The translations under genes were made by a program, and so were the position numbers. Under the pieces are notes generated by a model. It was not told the DNA's origin. It worked only from the letters and a program-made list of their open reading frames with translations, and made no database searches. Shown here piece by piece: positions 43,283 through 55,366 of a DNA stretch of 64,000 nucleotides (within the stretch, counting starts at the first letter, position 1; each line of letters opens with the position of its first letter). This stretch comes from Gemmatimonadota bacterium (GTDB lineage Bacteria > Gemmatimonadota > Gemmatimonadetes > Longimicrobiales > Gaopeijiaceae): positions 4,212-68,211 of the forward strand of contig JAPPNM010000177.1 in NCBI GenBank assembly GCA_028873825.1. Reading direction: 5' to 3'.

Positions 43283-45484
43283 ATGGCGACCACGGCTACC
43301 GCACCGCGCACGGAGACCATTCGGGGTCTCCCCCGCCCCCTTGCCCGCGCCCTCGAGGCGTACGCCCCCCGCCTCGATGTCGGCACGATCCGTGCCGCCT
43401 ACGATCTCGCGGCCGAGGCGCACTCCGAACAGCGCCGCGCCTCGGGCGAGCCGTTCATCAACCACGCCGTCGAGGTGGCCACGATCGTCGCCGAGCTCCG
43501 GCTGGACACCGCTTCGGTCGTGTCGGCGCTGGTCCACGACGTTCCCGAGGACACCGTCGTCTCGGTGCAGGGGATCCGCGAGCTCTTCGGCGAGGAGGTG
43601 GGCGCGATCGTCGACGGGGTCACCAAGATCGGGCGGGTGCGCTTCCGCTCCAGCACGGAGCGCCAGGTCGAGAACTACCGCAAGCTGCTGCTCTCGATGG
43701 CGCAGGACGCGCGGGTCATCCTCGTCAAGCTGGCCGACCGCCTTCACAACATGCGCACGCTGGAGCACCTGCCGGCCGCCAGGCGGCGGCTCATAGCGCG
43801 CGAGACCCGCGAGATCTACGCCCCGCTGGCCCACCGGCTGGGCATGGCCGCGATCAAGTGGGAGCTGGAGGACCTGGCCTTCAAGTTCCTGGAGCCGGAG
43901 GCGTACGCGAACCTGCGCAAGCTGGTCCGGCAGCGGCGCCGGGCCCGCGAGCGGCACATCCTGGAGCTGCAGCGTCCCCTCGAGGACGCCCTGGCCGGCG
44001 CCGGCATCCCCGCCGACGTCACGGGGCGCCCGAAGCACCTGTGGTCCATACACCGCAAGATGGTTACCCAGGACCGGAGCTACGACGAGATCTACGACCT
44101 CATGGCGCTGAGGGTCATCGCCGACTCGGTGCAGCACTGCTACGCGGCGCTGGGCGTCGTCCACAGCCGCTGGACCCCGATCCAGGAGCGGTTCCACGAC
44201 TACGTGGCCACGCCCAAGTCCAACATGTACCGGTCCATCCACACCACGGTCTACGGGCCGGGCGGGCGCAGGTACGAGGTGCAGATCCGCACCGAGGAGA
44301 TGCACCGCACGGCCGAGTACGGGATCGCGGCGCACTGGCGCTACAAGGCCGGCGGAAGGGAGAGCGGCGTCGACGACGCCCTCACCTGGTTCAGGCAGGT
44401 GCTGGAGTGGCAGAAGGACGCCAGCGAGCCGGAGGAGTTCATGGAGTTCCTCCGCATGGACCTCTTCCAGGGCGAGATCTTCGTCTTCACGCCCAAGGGC
44501 GAAGTAAAGCAGCTGCCCGTCGGTTCCTCCCCCATCGACTTCGCGTTCTCGGTTCACACCGAGGTGGGCGTCCACTGCGCGGGCGCCAAGGTGAACGGGC
44601 GCATCGCGCCGCTGTCGCGCGAGCTCACCAGCGGCGACTCTGTCGAGATCATCACCAACCCGCGCCAGTGGCCCAACCGGGACTGGCTGGAATTCGTGAA
44701 GACCTCGCGCGCGCGCCAGCGGATCCGCCAGTCGATCCGCCGCCGGGAGTTCGCCGCCGCGCTCAGGCTCGGCCAGGAGCTCTTCGCGCGGGCGTTGCGG
44801 AAGGGGCGCCTGCCCAGACCCGGCGACGACGAGGCGCAGCGCGTGGCGGGCAAGCTCGGCTTCAGGAGCTTCGACGAGACGCTCGCCGCGCTGGCCCGGG
44901 GCGACATCGGCCCGTCGGCGGTCATCCGCGGCTTCTACCCCGAAGAGGACCCCTCCCGGGTGGTGAGGCGCTCGCCCTCGGCGCTGGAGCGCATCGCCGA
45001 GAAGATCCGCAAGTCGAACCGCGGCGTCACCATCCACGGCATGGACAGCATGATGATCCGCTACTCGCGGTGCTGCCAGCCGGTCCCGGGAGACGGAGTG
45101 ATCGGGTACATCACGCGCGGGAGGGGGATATCGATCCACCGGGCCGACTGCCCGAACGTCCTCAACCTGAGGAAGGACCCGGAGCGCAGGGTGGAGATCG
45201 AGTGGAAGGCCGAAAGGGGCGACCGCTTCTTCGTCCACCTGCACATGGAGGGGACCGACCGGCGCGGCCTCCTGGGCGACGTGGCCCGCACGATCAGCGA
45301 AACCGCCACCGACATCCAGCACGCCGACATGCGGGCCAGCGACGGCGGCATGACCGCCGCGTTCGTCGTCGAGGTGCAGGACCTGAGCCACCTCAGGCGG
45401 GTCATGCAGGCCGTTCGGCAGGTAAAGGGCGTCGTCTCGGTGGTGCGCCGCGAGAGCTTCCAGGAGAGCGACCTCGTTCGATGA
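43283..45484 (+). CDS. relA: bifunctional (p)ppGpp synthetase/hydrolase, RelA/SpoT (RSH) family
   Basis: 733 aa. HD domain (HDVPEDT), synthetase region (...YRSIHTTVYGP...EVQIRT), then TGS and ACT-like C-terminus. Confidence 0.9.
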   Translation: MATTATAPRTETIRGLPRPLARALEAYAPRLDVGTIRAAYDLAAEAHSEQRRASGEPFINHAVEVATIVAELRLDTASVVSALVHDVPEDTVVSVQGIRELFGEEVGAIVDGVTKIGRVRFRSSTERQVENYRKLLLSMAQDARVILVKLADRLHNMRTLEHLPAARRRLIARETREIYAPLAHRLGMAAIKWELEDLAFKFLEPEAYANLRKLVRQRRRARERHILELQRPLEDALAGAGIPADVTGRPKHLWSIHRKMVTQDRSYDEIYDLMALRVIADSVQHCYAALGVVHSRWTPIQERFHDYVATPKSNMYRSIHTTVYGPGGRRYEVQIRTEEMHRTAEYGIAAHWRYKAGGRESGVDDALTWFRQVLEWQKDASEPEEFMEFLRMDLFQGEIFVFTPKGEVKQLPVGSSPIDFAFSVHTEVGVHCAGAKVNGRIAPLSRELTSGDSVEIITNPRQWPNRDWLEFVKTSRARQRIRQSIRRREFAAALRLGQELFARALRKGRLPRPGDDEAQRVAGKLGFRSFDETLAALARGDIGPSAVIRGFYPEEDPSRVVRRSPSALERIAEKIRKSNRGVTIHGMDSMMIRYSRCCQPVPGDGVIGYITRGRGISIHRADCPNVLNLRKDPERRVEIEWKAERGDRFFVHLHMEGTDRRGLLGDVARTISETATDIQHADMRASDGGMTAAFVVEVQDLSHLRRVMQAVRQVKGVVSVVRRESFQESDLVR

Positions 45485-45543
45485 CGCGATGCGGCGATGA
45501 CGCCATGTCCTGACGCGCGGGCCGGTTCACCCGCGGAGACCAG

Positions 45544-47528
<1,985 letters not shown>

Positions 47529-47532
<4 letters not shown>

Positions 47533-47993
47533 GCCGGGTCGGAGCGAGGGTGACGGAAGAGGAGCTGCGCGCGCTGGGACGCCGCGTCGGCGCGGAGGCG
47601 GCGCCGCCCGTGTTCATCGGCCTGAGGGGGCCGCTGGGCGCGGGGAAGTCCGTCTTCGCGCGGGCGGTGGCGCGGGGAGCGGGGGTGGAGGGGGCGCTGC
47701 CGTCGCCCACCTTCAACATCGTCTTCCGGTACCCGCTGCCGGGCGGGCGCGCGGTCGTCCACGCCGACCTCTTCCGGATCGAGTCCGCGGGGGAGCTGGC
47801 CCTGGTCGGGTGGGAGGACGTGCTCGGCGACGAGGGAGCGATCGTGCTGGCGGAGTGGTGCGGGCGGGCGGGGGAGGAGCTGCCGCCGGATCGCTGGGAG
47901 ATGCGGCTGGGCTTCGTGCCGGGCGAGGCGGGGCGGCGGGGGATGGCGGTGGAACGGTTCGGAGAGCCGGAGTCTCTGCCGTGGCGGGGTTGA
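47529..47993 (+). CDS. tsaE: tRNA t6A biosynthesis ATPase TsaE
   Basis: The GTG overlaps the uvrB stop. Contains [13 protein letters not shown] and LPSPTFNIV. Confidence 0.8.
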
Positions 47994-48763
47994 CCGGCCG
48001 GGCGGGGCGCGGGAGCCCGCCCCCGGGATGCGTTCTCGCGATCGAAACGTCGTGGCGGGTGGGTTCGGTCGCGCTCGCAGTCGACGGGTCGGTGGCGGCG
48101 CGGCGCTTCCTGACGACCCCCTCCTCCCACGCGTCCGGGCTGATCCCGGCCATACGCGAGGTCCTTCGGGACGCCGGGGCCGGCGTCGCCCACCTCGCCG
48201 GCGTCGCGGTCGGCGCCGGACCGGGATCGTTCACCGGGGTCCGCATCGGGGGCGCCGCGGCCAAGGGGCTGGCGACCAGCCTCGGCGTGCCGCTCTACGC
48301 CGTTTCGAGTCTCCGCGCGGCCTCCTGGGCGGAAGAGGCGCTGGGAGCCGGGGTCCGTCTGCCTTCCGAGCTGCGCGGCGAAGGCGTTCCGTCCGGCCGG
48401 CCGGCGGGGACCGGCGTCCCGGCCGGCGGCGGGCGCGAGCACCGGTACGTGCTCCTCGACGCCCGCCGCGAACGGGTCTTCGGGGCATGCTACGACGTGG
48501 GCGCGGAGGGTCCCGTCCAGGTCGTCGCGCCGCACGGGGGCACGATCCTGGACGTCATCAACAGCCGTCCGGCCCGCGGAACCGTGTTCATGGGCGAAGG
48601 CGCCCTGGCGCACGGGGCGCTCGTTCGGGCGGCGGGCTACCGGACGCGCTCCCACCCCGCCGGGGTCCCGGTGGCCGACGCGGTGTTGTCGTGCTGCGCG
48701 TGGGAGCCCGTCGACGCCGCCGGCTGGGAACCCGACTACGTCAGGCGATGGCGCCCCGGGTGA
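47990..48763 (+). CDS. tsaB: tRNA t6A biosynthesis protein TsaB
   Basis: In frame with ORF 47810. Start is TTG at 47990 or GTG at 47981, overlapping the tsaE stop. Contains VLAIETS and GAGPGSFTGVRIG. Confidence 0.75.
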   Translation: MTGRAGRGSPPPGCVLAIETSWRVGSVALAVDGSVAARRFLTTPSSHASGLIPAIREVLRDAGAGVAHLAGVAVGAGPGSFTGVRIGGAAAKGLATSLGVPLYAVSSLRAASWAEEALGAGVRLPSELRGEGVPSGRPAGTGVPAGGGREHRYVLLDARRERVFGACYDVGAEGPVQVVAPHGGTILDVINSRPARGTVFMGEGALAHGALVRAAGYRTRSHPAGVPVADAVLSCCAWEPVDAAGWEPDYVRRWRPG

Positions 48764-48840
48764 CGGCCCGGCCCGGCGCCGGGGACTTCTCGTTTTCGCC
48801 TGAGCGGCTACCTTTCTGAAACACAGGCTACGCAACCCCT

Positions 48841-49818
48841 ATGGAGAAGATGCCCCACGAGAGCCGCAGGGTCCTGGTAACCGGCGGTGCCGGCTTCATA
48901 GGGAGCCATGTCGCCGACGCCCACCTCGAGCGCGGCGACCGGGTGTGGGTCGTGGACGACCTTTCCTCGGGACGACGCGAGAACGTCCCGGCGGGCGCCG
49001 AGTTCCACCGGCTCGACATCGCCGGCGAACGGCTCGGCGATCTCGTCCGGCGCGTGGGCTTCGACCTCGTCAGCCACCACGCGGCGCAGATCGACGTGCG
49101 CGCGTCGGTGGCCGATCCGGTGCGGGACGCCCGCGTCAACGTGGCGGGTCTCCTGAACATCCTGGAGGCGGCCCGCGCCGGCGGAACCGGGCGGATAGTC
49201 TTCGCCTCCAGCGGCGGCGCGGTCTACGGCGAACCCCGCGAGCTCCCCACGCCGGAGAGCGCGCCCAAGGAGCCCCTGTCTCCGTACGGAGTGGCCAAGC
49301 TGGCGGGCGAGCACTACCTGAACTACTACCGGGAAGTACACGGCGTGGACTACGTGGCGCTGCGCTACGGGAACGTCTACGGCCCGCGCCAGGACCCGCG
49401 CGGCGAGGCCGGAGTTGTGGCGGTCTTCTCGCGGCGACTGCTCCGCGGCGAGCCCCTGGCGGTCTACGGCGACGGCGAGCAGACCCGCGACTACGTGTAC
49501 GTCGGAGACGTGGTGCGGGCGAACCTTCTCGCGGCCGGCATGGAACTCTCCGCCGCGCCCGGGATCGACGCGCGGGCCTACAACGTGTCGACCGGAAGGG
49601 AGACGTCGGTGAACCGGCTCGCCGCCGCGCTCGAAGACGCGGCCGGGATGCGGACGGGCCGCGTCTACCTGGACGCCCGCCCGGGGGAGCTCCGCCGCAG
49701 CGCGCTGGCGGCGGCGAGCATCGGCGAGCGCGGATGGATCCCCGCGCCGAGCCTGCGCCAGGGCCTTGCCGCGACCTTCGAGTCCATCGCCTCCGCCGAA
49801 GCCGCGCGGGTCGCATGA
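48841..49818 (+). CDS. NAD-dependent epimerase/dehydratase (GalE-like SDR)
   Basis: Contains VLVTGGAGFIGSHV and YGVAKLAGE (YxxxK). Confidence 0.85.
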   Translation: MEKMPHESRRVLVTGGAGFIGSHVADAHLERGDRVWVVDDLSSGRRENVPAGAEFHRLDIAGERLGDLVRRVGFDLVSHHAAQIDVRASVADPVRDARVNVAGLLNILEAARAGGTGRIVFASSGGAVYGEPRELPTPESAPKEPLSPYGVAKLAGEHYLNYYREVHGVDYVALRYGNVYGPRQDPRGEAGVVAVFSRRLLRGEPLAVYGDGEQTRDYVYVGDVVRANLLAAGMELSAAPGIDARAYNVSTGRETSVNRLAAALEDAAGMRTGRVYLDARPGELRRSALAAASIGERGWIPAPSLRQGLAATFESIASAEAARVA

Positions 49819-50525
49819 CCGGGGCCCTCCTCCAGCCCCAGGCGCCGCGAAACCCGGCGGAGATGATCATGGGGGCCAGCGTGCCCACCCAGGTCGTCCT
49901 CGTGGTGCTGGTGCTCTTCTCGGTCCTCTCGCTGTGGGTGATAATCTCGAAGGTCAGGCACTTCCGCGGCGTGCGCCGGGAGGGGGACCGGTTCCTGGGC
50001 CGGATGGAGGAGGTGGCCAACCTCACCGAGGCGTCGGAGGCCCTGATAGGGCTTCCCGAGTCGCCGTACACGCGCCTCTTTCGCGGCGGCCTGTCCTTCT
50101 TCGCCGAGCTCAGTCCGGGGGCGCTCTTCGGGGCGAGCCAGGCGGCGGGCCTGTCGCTGACGCAGCTCGAGGCGCTGCGGCTGGTGATGGACAAGGTGCA
50201 GGCCGAGGAGATCGACGAGCTCGCTCACGGGATGAACTGGCTCGCCATCATCGGTTCGGTGTCGCCGCTGCTCGGACTCATGGGCACCGTCATCGGCATC
50301 GTGAACACCTTCCTGGGGATCACGGCCTCCGGCTCCACGAACATCAGCGCGGTGGCTCCGGGGGTGGCCGAGGCGCTCATAACCACGGTGGCGGGGCTCG
50401 CCGTCGCCATCCCGTCCGTGATCGCCTACAACCACTTCGCGTCGCGGCTCAACCTCGTGCGCGGCGAGTTCGAGGGCTTCGCCAGCGAGTTCATCGGAAC
50501 GCTGGCCAAGGAGCGGCACGTGTGA
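49815..50525 (+). CDS. tolQ: MotA/TolQ/ExbB proton channel protein
   Basis: ATGA overlap with the epimerase stop. Contains SPLLGLMGTVIGIV...GVAEALITTVAGLAVAIP. Followed by tolR/tolA/tolB/pal. Confidence 0.85.
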   Translation: MTGALLQPQAPRNPAEMIMGASVPTQVVLVVLVLFSVLSLWVIISKVRHFRGVRREGDRFLGRMEEVANLTEASEALIGLPESPYTRLFRGGLSFFAELSPGALFGASQAAGLSLTQLEALRLVMDKVQAEEIDELAHGMNWLAIIGSVSPLLGLMGTVIGIVNTFLGITASGSTNISAVAPGVAEALITTVAGLAVAIPSVIAYNHFASRLNLVRGEFEGFASEFIGTLAKERHV

Positions 50526-50556
50526 CCGGGCCGGCGCCGGGCCGCAGGGGCCGCCC

Positions 50557-51018
50557 GTGGAGGAGGCGCGAGGAGGCGGCGCCAGGGAGCGGGAGCCGCG
50601 CGTGAGGAGGCGGGAGCGGCAGCGCGCCGGACTCCCGGTTCGCGCGGAGATCAACGTCACCAGCCTCGTGGACATCGCCTTCACCCTGTTGGTGATCTTC
50701 ATCATCACCGCCCCGGTGATGCAGGGCGGAATCGAGGTGAACGTGCCCCAGGGTCCCGTGAACGTCATCGAGGCGTCGGACGATCACATAATCCTCAATG
50801 TCGAACGCGACAACACGATTACCGTCGGGGAGTCGCCGGTGGCGGAGGAAATGCTGGACGCGACTCTCGCCGAGCTGATCGAGGCGCGCAACGCGGACGT
50901 GGTCTTCGTGAAGGGGGACTCGGCGGCGCTGTACGGGCGCGTGGCCCGCGCGATCGCCGCCGTTGCCGCCAACGAGGGGGTGCGCCTGTCGCTGGTCATG
51001 CGGGAGTTCCGCCGATGA
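50557..51018 (+). CDS. tolR: ExbD/TolR biopolymer transport protein
   Basis: EINVTSLVDIAFTLLVIFIITAP. The exact start is uncertain; an alternative is the GTG near 50602. Confidence 0.8.
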   Translation: MEEARGGGAREREPRVRRRERQRAGLPVRAEINVTSLVDIAFTLLVIFIITAPVMQGGIEVNVPQGPVNVIEASDDHIILNVERDNTITVGESPVAEEMLDATLAELIEARNADVVFVKGDSAALYGRVARAIAAVAANEGVRLSLVMREFRR

Positions 51019-51749
51019 GGGGGACGGGGGCGGGCCGGGAAGGCGCCGGCGGCGCGAGGCGCCGGCCCTTGGACGGGGGCGCCTTGGGCGTGTCGCTCGC
51101 CGTGCACTTCGCGGCGCTCGTCATCCTCTTCGGGGTGGTTCCGGCGCTGCGGGAACCTGCGATCGTCTACGAGGTCGTTCAAATCGACATGTCCGCCGCG
51201 GCGCCTCCCCCCGAGGACCGGCTCGTCGTCGAGACGCCCGAGGACCCTCCGCCCGCCGAGGAGGAGGCCCCGATGCCGGACCCCGACCCCGAACCCGAGC
51301 CGGATTCCGCCGAGACGCCGCCGCCGGCCGAGGAGCCGCCGCTCCCGGACCCCGAGGAGGCCGCCCCCGCCGAGGAGCCGGAAGACGGAACCGACGCGGT
51401 TACCCGGCGCGTCGAGGCGTTCCGCCGGGACTACCCGGAGTACTACCGGAACATCCAGAACCAGATCGAGCGCTGCTTCCGATGGCAGGGCTCCGGGCGG
51501 CTCGAAGTGCTGGTAACCTTCATGATTCGCCGGGACGGGACCACGACCGGGTTGGAGGTCGCGGCGCCTTCCGGGAACCACGCCTTCGACATCGACGCGC
51601 TGGGGGCCGTCGAATGCGCGGGAATGAACGACCGCCTGGGTCCGCTGCCCGAGGACTACCCGTTTTCGATGCTTCCGGTCCGCTTCACCATCGCCTCCAG
51701 GGTTGGAGGAAGGGGGCCCCCGGACGAGCCGGTGGAGGAATCCCCTTGA
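51015..51749 (+). CDS. TolA/TonB-like protein (TM anchor, Pro/Glu-rich linker, TonB_C-like domain)
   Basis: ATGA overlap with tolR. Linker PPPEDRLVVETPEDPPPAEEE... Position within the tol-pal cluster. Confidence 0.7.
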   Translation: MRGTGAGREGAGGARRRPLDGGALGVSLAVHFAALVILFGVVPALREPAIVYEVVQIDMSAAAPPPEDRLVVETPEDPPPAEEEAPMPDPDPEPEPDSAETPPPAEEPPLPDPEEAAPAEEPEDGTDAVTRRVEAFRRDYPEYYRNIQNQIERCFRWQGSGRLEVLVTFMIRRDGTTTGLEVAAPSGNHAFDIDALGAVECAGMNDRLGPLPEDYPFSMLPVRFTIASRVGGRGPPDEPVEESP

Positions 51750-53143
51750 GAAGACCGACGTTACTTGCGAAGGCCCTGCCGCGCGCGCTGCCGGCGGTGG
51801 CGGCCGCCACGGGGCTCGCGGCCCAGGAGGAGGAACGGGGGATTCCGGGCGTGGAGCTCGGCATCGTCGTGGAGGACCGGTACGTACCGCCCGTCGCCGT
51901 GCGGCCGTTCACCCTCCTGATCGCGGGAGACGACGCGCTCGGGCGCGAGATCGAGCTGATCTTGGCCCGGGACCTCGACCACAGCGACCGCTTCGCGGTG
52001 CGCGACACGCTGCCCGCCGAGTTCGCGGGAGGGGCGGTTCAGTACGCGCTCTGGGAGCAGTTCCAGGTGGACTGGCTCGTCGCGGGGACGCTCGAGGGCG
52101 ACGCGACCGGCGAGGGCAGGATTCTCACGGTGGAGCTGCACGACGTGGTCTACGGCAGCCTGCACGAGCGCGAGCGCTTCGTGCTGCCGGAACCGGGCAG
52201 CGCGGACTTCCGAATGGCGGTTCACGCGGTCTCGGACGCCCTGGTCGAGTGGGTGAGCGGGGAACGGGGCATGGCGGCGACCCGCGTCGTGCTGGCCATG
52301 CGCGCCTTCGGCGAAGAGCGCGGCAAGGAGCTGTACGTCGTCGACGCCGACGGCGAGAATCTCCAGCGCCTGACCTGGGACCAGAGCATCGTGGCGTCGC
52401 CGACCTGGTCGCCGGACGGGACGCGGATCGCGTACACCTCCTGGAAGTCGGGCGTCCCCCGGCTCTACGAGCGCGACCTGGAGACGGGCCGGGACCGGGA
52501 ACTCGTACCCGGCGGCCACGGGCACCAGCTGACGCCCTCCTATCATCCGGACGGGCACACCGTCGCCTTCTCGGTGATCGGAGCCGAGCCGAACGGACTG
52601 CACACCTACAACATCCGCGACGGCTGCTGCATGGCGCGCCTGGGCGGCGGAGCCTACCACGACATCTCGCCCGGCTATTCGCCCGACGGGACGCGTCTCG
52701 TCTTCAATTCCAACCGTCTGGGAGTCGCCACGCCCCAGGTCTACGTGCGTCCGGCCGGAAGCGGCAGCGCCGAGCTCCTGTCGCCGTACCGCTTCGGCGA
52801 GGGCGGCTACTTCGCCGACCCGGACTGGTCTCCCGGGTCGAGCAAGGTGGCCTTCGCGGGCGGGATCCGGGGCAGGCGCCAGGCCAACCGCTACAATATT
52901 CTGGTTGCCGATTTCGAGAAGGGGGACAACCGGCTGGTCCAGCTTACTCGGGAAGGCAACAACGAGGATCCGAGCTGGGCGCCGGACGACAGGCACATCG
53001 TCTTCAAGGGCACGCGCAGCTACGGAACCGGGGTCTTCATCGTCGACGCCGCCACGGGGCGCACCCGCATTCTGGTGGCGAACGTGCTCGCCGAAGACCC
53101 CGACTGGTCTCCGCCGCTCGCCGGAAACGGCGGGGACGGGTGA
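51746..53143 (+). CDS. tolB: Tol-Pal system beta-propeller protein TolB
   Basis: The TTG at 51746 overlaps the tolA stop (in frame with ORF 50963). PD40 repeats: TWSPDGTRIAYTS and SPGYSPDGTRLVFNS. Confidence 0.85.
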   Translation: MRRPTLLAKALPRALPAVAAATGLAAQEEERGIPGVELGIVVEDRYVPPVAVRPFTLLIAGDDALGREIELILARDLDHSDRFAVRDTLPAEFAGGAVQYALWEQFQVDWLVAGTLEGDATGEGRILTVELHDVVYGSLHERERFVLPEPGSADFRMAVHAVSDALVEWVSGERGMAATRVVLAMRAFGEERGKELYVVDADGENLQRLTWDQSIVASPTWSPDGTRIAYTSWKSGVPRLYERDLETGRDRELVPGGHGHQLTPSYHPDGHTVAFSVIGAEPNGLHTYNIRDGCCMARLGGGAYHDISPGYSPDGTRLVFNSNRLGVATPQVYVRPAGSGSAELLSPYRFGEGGYFADPDWSPGSSKVAFAGGIRGRRQANRYNILVADFEKGDNRLVQLTREGNNEDPSWAPDDRHIVFKGTRSYGTGVFIVDAATGRTRILVANVLAEDPDWSPPLAGNGGDG

Positions 53144-53280
53144 GCCGGGCGCCCGCTCCGGCGCGTCCCGCCGGGGCTCGCGGATCCCCTTTACCGCCTT
53201 CTTCGATTTCGCCTATATTTGACGGGTGTCGAGTCAGGCCCGCTTGCCGCAACGCTCACCTTCACTGATCGGGAGAAGGG

Positions 53281-53871
53281 ATGTTCAACCCACGGTTGGT
53301 CCCAGCCGCCTTCGTCGCCGTTGTCATCGCCGCCGCCTGCCGCCCGGAGCCGCCTCCTCCTCCGCCTCCGCCGCCGCCGGGGCCCACGCCCGAGGAAGTG
53401 GAGGCGCAACGAATAGCTGACTCGATCGCCGCGGCGCAGATGGAGGCCGCGCGATTGGCCGAAGAGGAAGAACGCCTGGAACGGGAGCGCGCGGAGCGGC
53501 GGAGACAGCTTCGGGCGACGCTCGAGGAGATGGTCTTCTTCGACTACGACGAGGCCGCCATCCGAATCGACACGAGGAGCCGGCTCGAAGCGAAGCTCGA
53601 AATCCTGCGCGACCACCCCGGCGTCCACCTCCGCCTCGAGGGCCATGCGGACGAACGGGGAACGTCGGAGTACAACATCGCGCTGGGGAACGAACGTGCC
53701 GAATCGGTGATGCGGTTCCTGACGGGCTACGGTCTCGAGGGGTCGCGCTTCGCGTCGGTTTCGTACGGGGAGGAAAGCCCCATCGCCCGGGGATCCAACG
53801 AGGCGGCCTGGGCCCAGAACCGGCGCGTCGAGTTCGTCATCACGGACGGTGCCGACGGCCTCGGCCGGTAG
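53281..53871 (+). CDS. pal: peptidoglycan-associated lipoprotein (OmpA family)
   Basis: Lipobox VIAAAC. OmpA-like block: FFDYDEAAI...LEGHADERGTSEYNIALGNERA...NRRVEFVI. Confidence 0.88.
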   Translation: MFNPRLVPAAFVAVVIAAACRPEPPPPPPPPPPGPTPEEVEAQRIADSIAAAQMEAARLAEEEERLERERAERRRQLRATLEEMVFFDYDEAAIRIDTRSRLEAKLEILRDHPGVHLRLEGHADERGTSEYNIALGNERAESVMRFLTGYGLEGSRFASVSYGEESPIARGSNEAAWAQNRRVEFVITDGADGLGR

Positions 53872-54016
53872 GCGGCCGTTACCGTTGCGGGCGCGGTTCG
53901 TCCCCGGCCGCCGGGCCCTCCGGCGCCCCGCGGCAGGGTTCGAGCGAAGGTGTCCGCAGCCGTGCCGGCCCGGTCGTCGGCGGGATGGAGCCGCCGGAGT
54001 GCGAACCGGAGGACCG

Positions 54017-54832
54017 GTGACGCGAACGGCAACCGCGCGAAGCGCCGCCGCCGCCCTGTCGCTCGCGCTTGGCGCGTGCGCGACACGGGGTGACGTCGTG
54101 GAGCTGCAGAGCGAGGTGCGGGCGCTCTCGGCGCGCCAGGACTCGGCCTTCGCCGAGCTGCGCCGGTCGCTCGCGGAGCAGAACAGGGCGGCAACGGACT
54201 CGGTGCGCCTCCTCTCCGACCTGGTGTTCAACTTCAGGGGAGACACCAACAGCCGCCTCTTGGCGATTCACGGCCAGCAGCTCCGTCTCGGCGAGATCCT
54301 GGGCCAGAGCCAGCGCAGCCTGGACCAGATGAGCCAGGAGATGGACGACCAGTGGGAGCGCCTGCAGCAGCGGATGCACGAGCGCGGGGCGGAAGGCGGA
54401 GACACGCTCGGGGATTCCGGGGACGAAGGCGCCGAGCCTCCCGGGCAGGGCGGCACGGCGGCGGAGGAGGCGCTCTACAACGCTGCGGTGAGCCACTTCG
54501 AGAGGGACCTGCGAACGTCCGCCCGCCGGGGGTTCACGCAGTTCCTCCAGGAGTACCCGCGCAGCGAACTGGCTCCCGCCGCCTATCTGCATCTGGGCGA
54601 GCTGCTGACGCTGGAGGGTCTGCTGACGAGAGCGGTCGAAAACTACCTGGAGGTGCCCAGGCTGTTTCCCACCGCGGAACAGATTCCGGCGGCCCTGTTC
54701 CGGGCCGGCGGGCTCTGTGTCGAGATGGAGGACTACGACCGGGCCCGCGAGCTCCTGGAGCGGGTGATCAACACCTATCCGGACGACATGTTCGCCGAGC
54801 TGGCGCGGGAAGAACTCGAGAAGATTCCCTAA
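54017..54832 (+). CDS. cpoB: Tol-Pal system protein YbgF/CpoB (coiled coil + TPR)
   Basis: GTG at 54017 within ORF 53849. Signal or lipoprotein sequence ALSLALGAC. TPR-like C-terminus ...YPRSELAPAAYLHLGE... Position directly after pal. Confidence 0.7.
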   Translation: MTRTATARSAAAALSLALGACATRGDVVELQSEVRALSARQDSAFAELRRSLAEQNRAATDSVRLLSDLVFNFRGDTNSRLLAIHGQQLRLGEILGQSQRSLDQMSQEMDDQWERLQQRMHERGAEGGDTLGDSGDEGAEPPGQGGTAAEEALYNAAVSHFERDLRTSARRGFTQFLQEYPRSELAPAAYLHLGELLTLEGLLTRAVENYLEVPRLFPTAEQIPAALFRAGGLCVEMEDYDRARELLERVINTYPDDMFAELAREELEKIP

Positions 54833-54841
54833 CGGGCGGCC

Positions 54842-55366
54842 GTGCTCTGCCCCGTCTGCAAGTCCGCCTCGAAGGTCGTCGACTCGCGCACGGCCCGCGG
54901 GGGCCGCGCCATTCGCAGGAGGCGCGAATGTCTGGATTGCGCCGGCCGCTTCACGACCTACGAGCGAGTCGAGGAACGGCCCCTGCAGGTCGTCAAGCAG
55001 GACGGCAGCGCGGAGGACTTCCGGCGCGACAAGCTCGAAGCGAGCGTCGCCGTGGCGTGCGCCAAGCGCCCGGTCTCGCCGGGTGACATCGAGGCGCTGG
55101 TGGACCGCATCGAGGACGGCCTCTCCGGTTCGGCCCGGAAGGAGGTCACTTCCGCGCGGATCGGCGAGGAGGTCATGGAGGGGCTCAAGCCGCTCGACCG
55201 GGTCGCCTATGTGCGCTACGCGTCGGTGTACCGGAACTTCCAGCGCATCGACGAGTTCCAGGAGGTCGTGGACGAGCTTATCGTCCGGGAGCGGCGCGAG
55301 GGCCGGCGGCGCCTCCAGGGCGAGCTCCCGCTCCCGGCGGGCGGCAGCCGGAGCGGCGACGGCTGA
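54842..55366 (+). CDS. nrdR: transcriptional repressor NrdR
   Basis: MLCPVCKSASKVVDSR...RRRECLDCAGRFTTYERVE (zinc ribbon), followed by an ATP-cone. Confidence 0.9.
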   Translation: MLCPVCKSASKVVDSRTARGGRAIRRRRECLDCAGRFTTYERVEERPLQVVKQDGSAEDFRRDKLEASVAVACAKRPVSPGDIEALVDRIEDGLSGSARKEVTSARIGEEVMEGLKPLDRVAYVRYASVYRNFQRIDEFQEVVDELIVRERREGRRRLQGELPLPAGGSRSGDG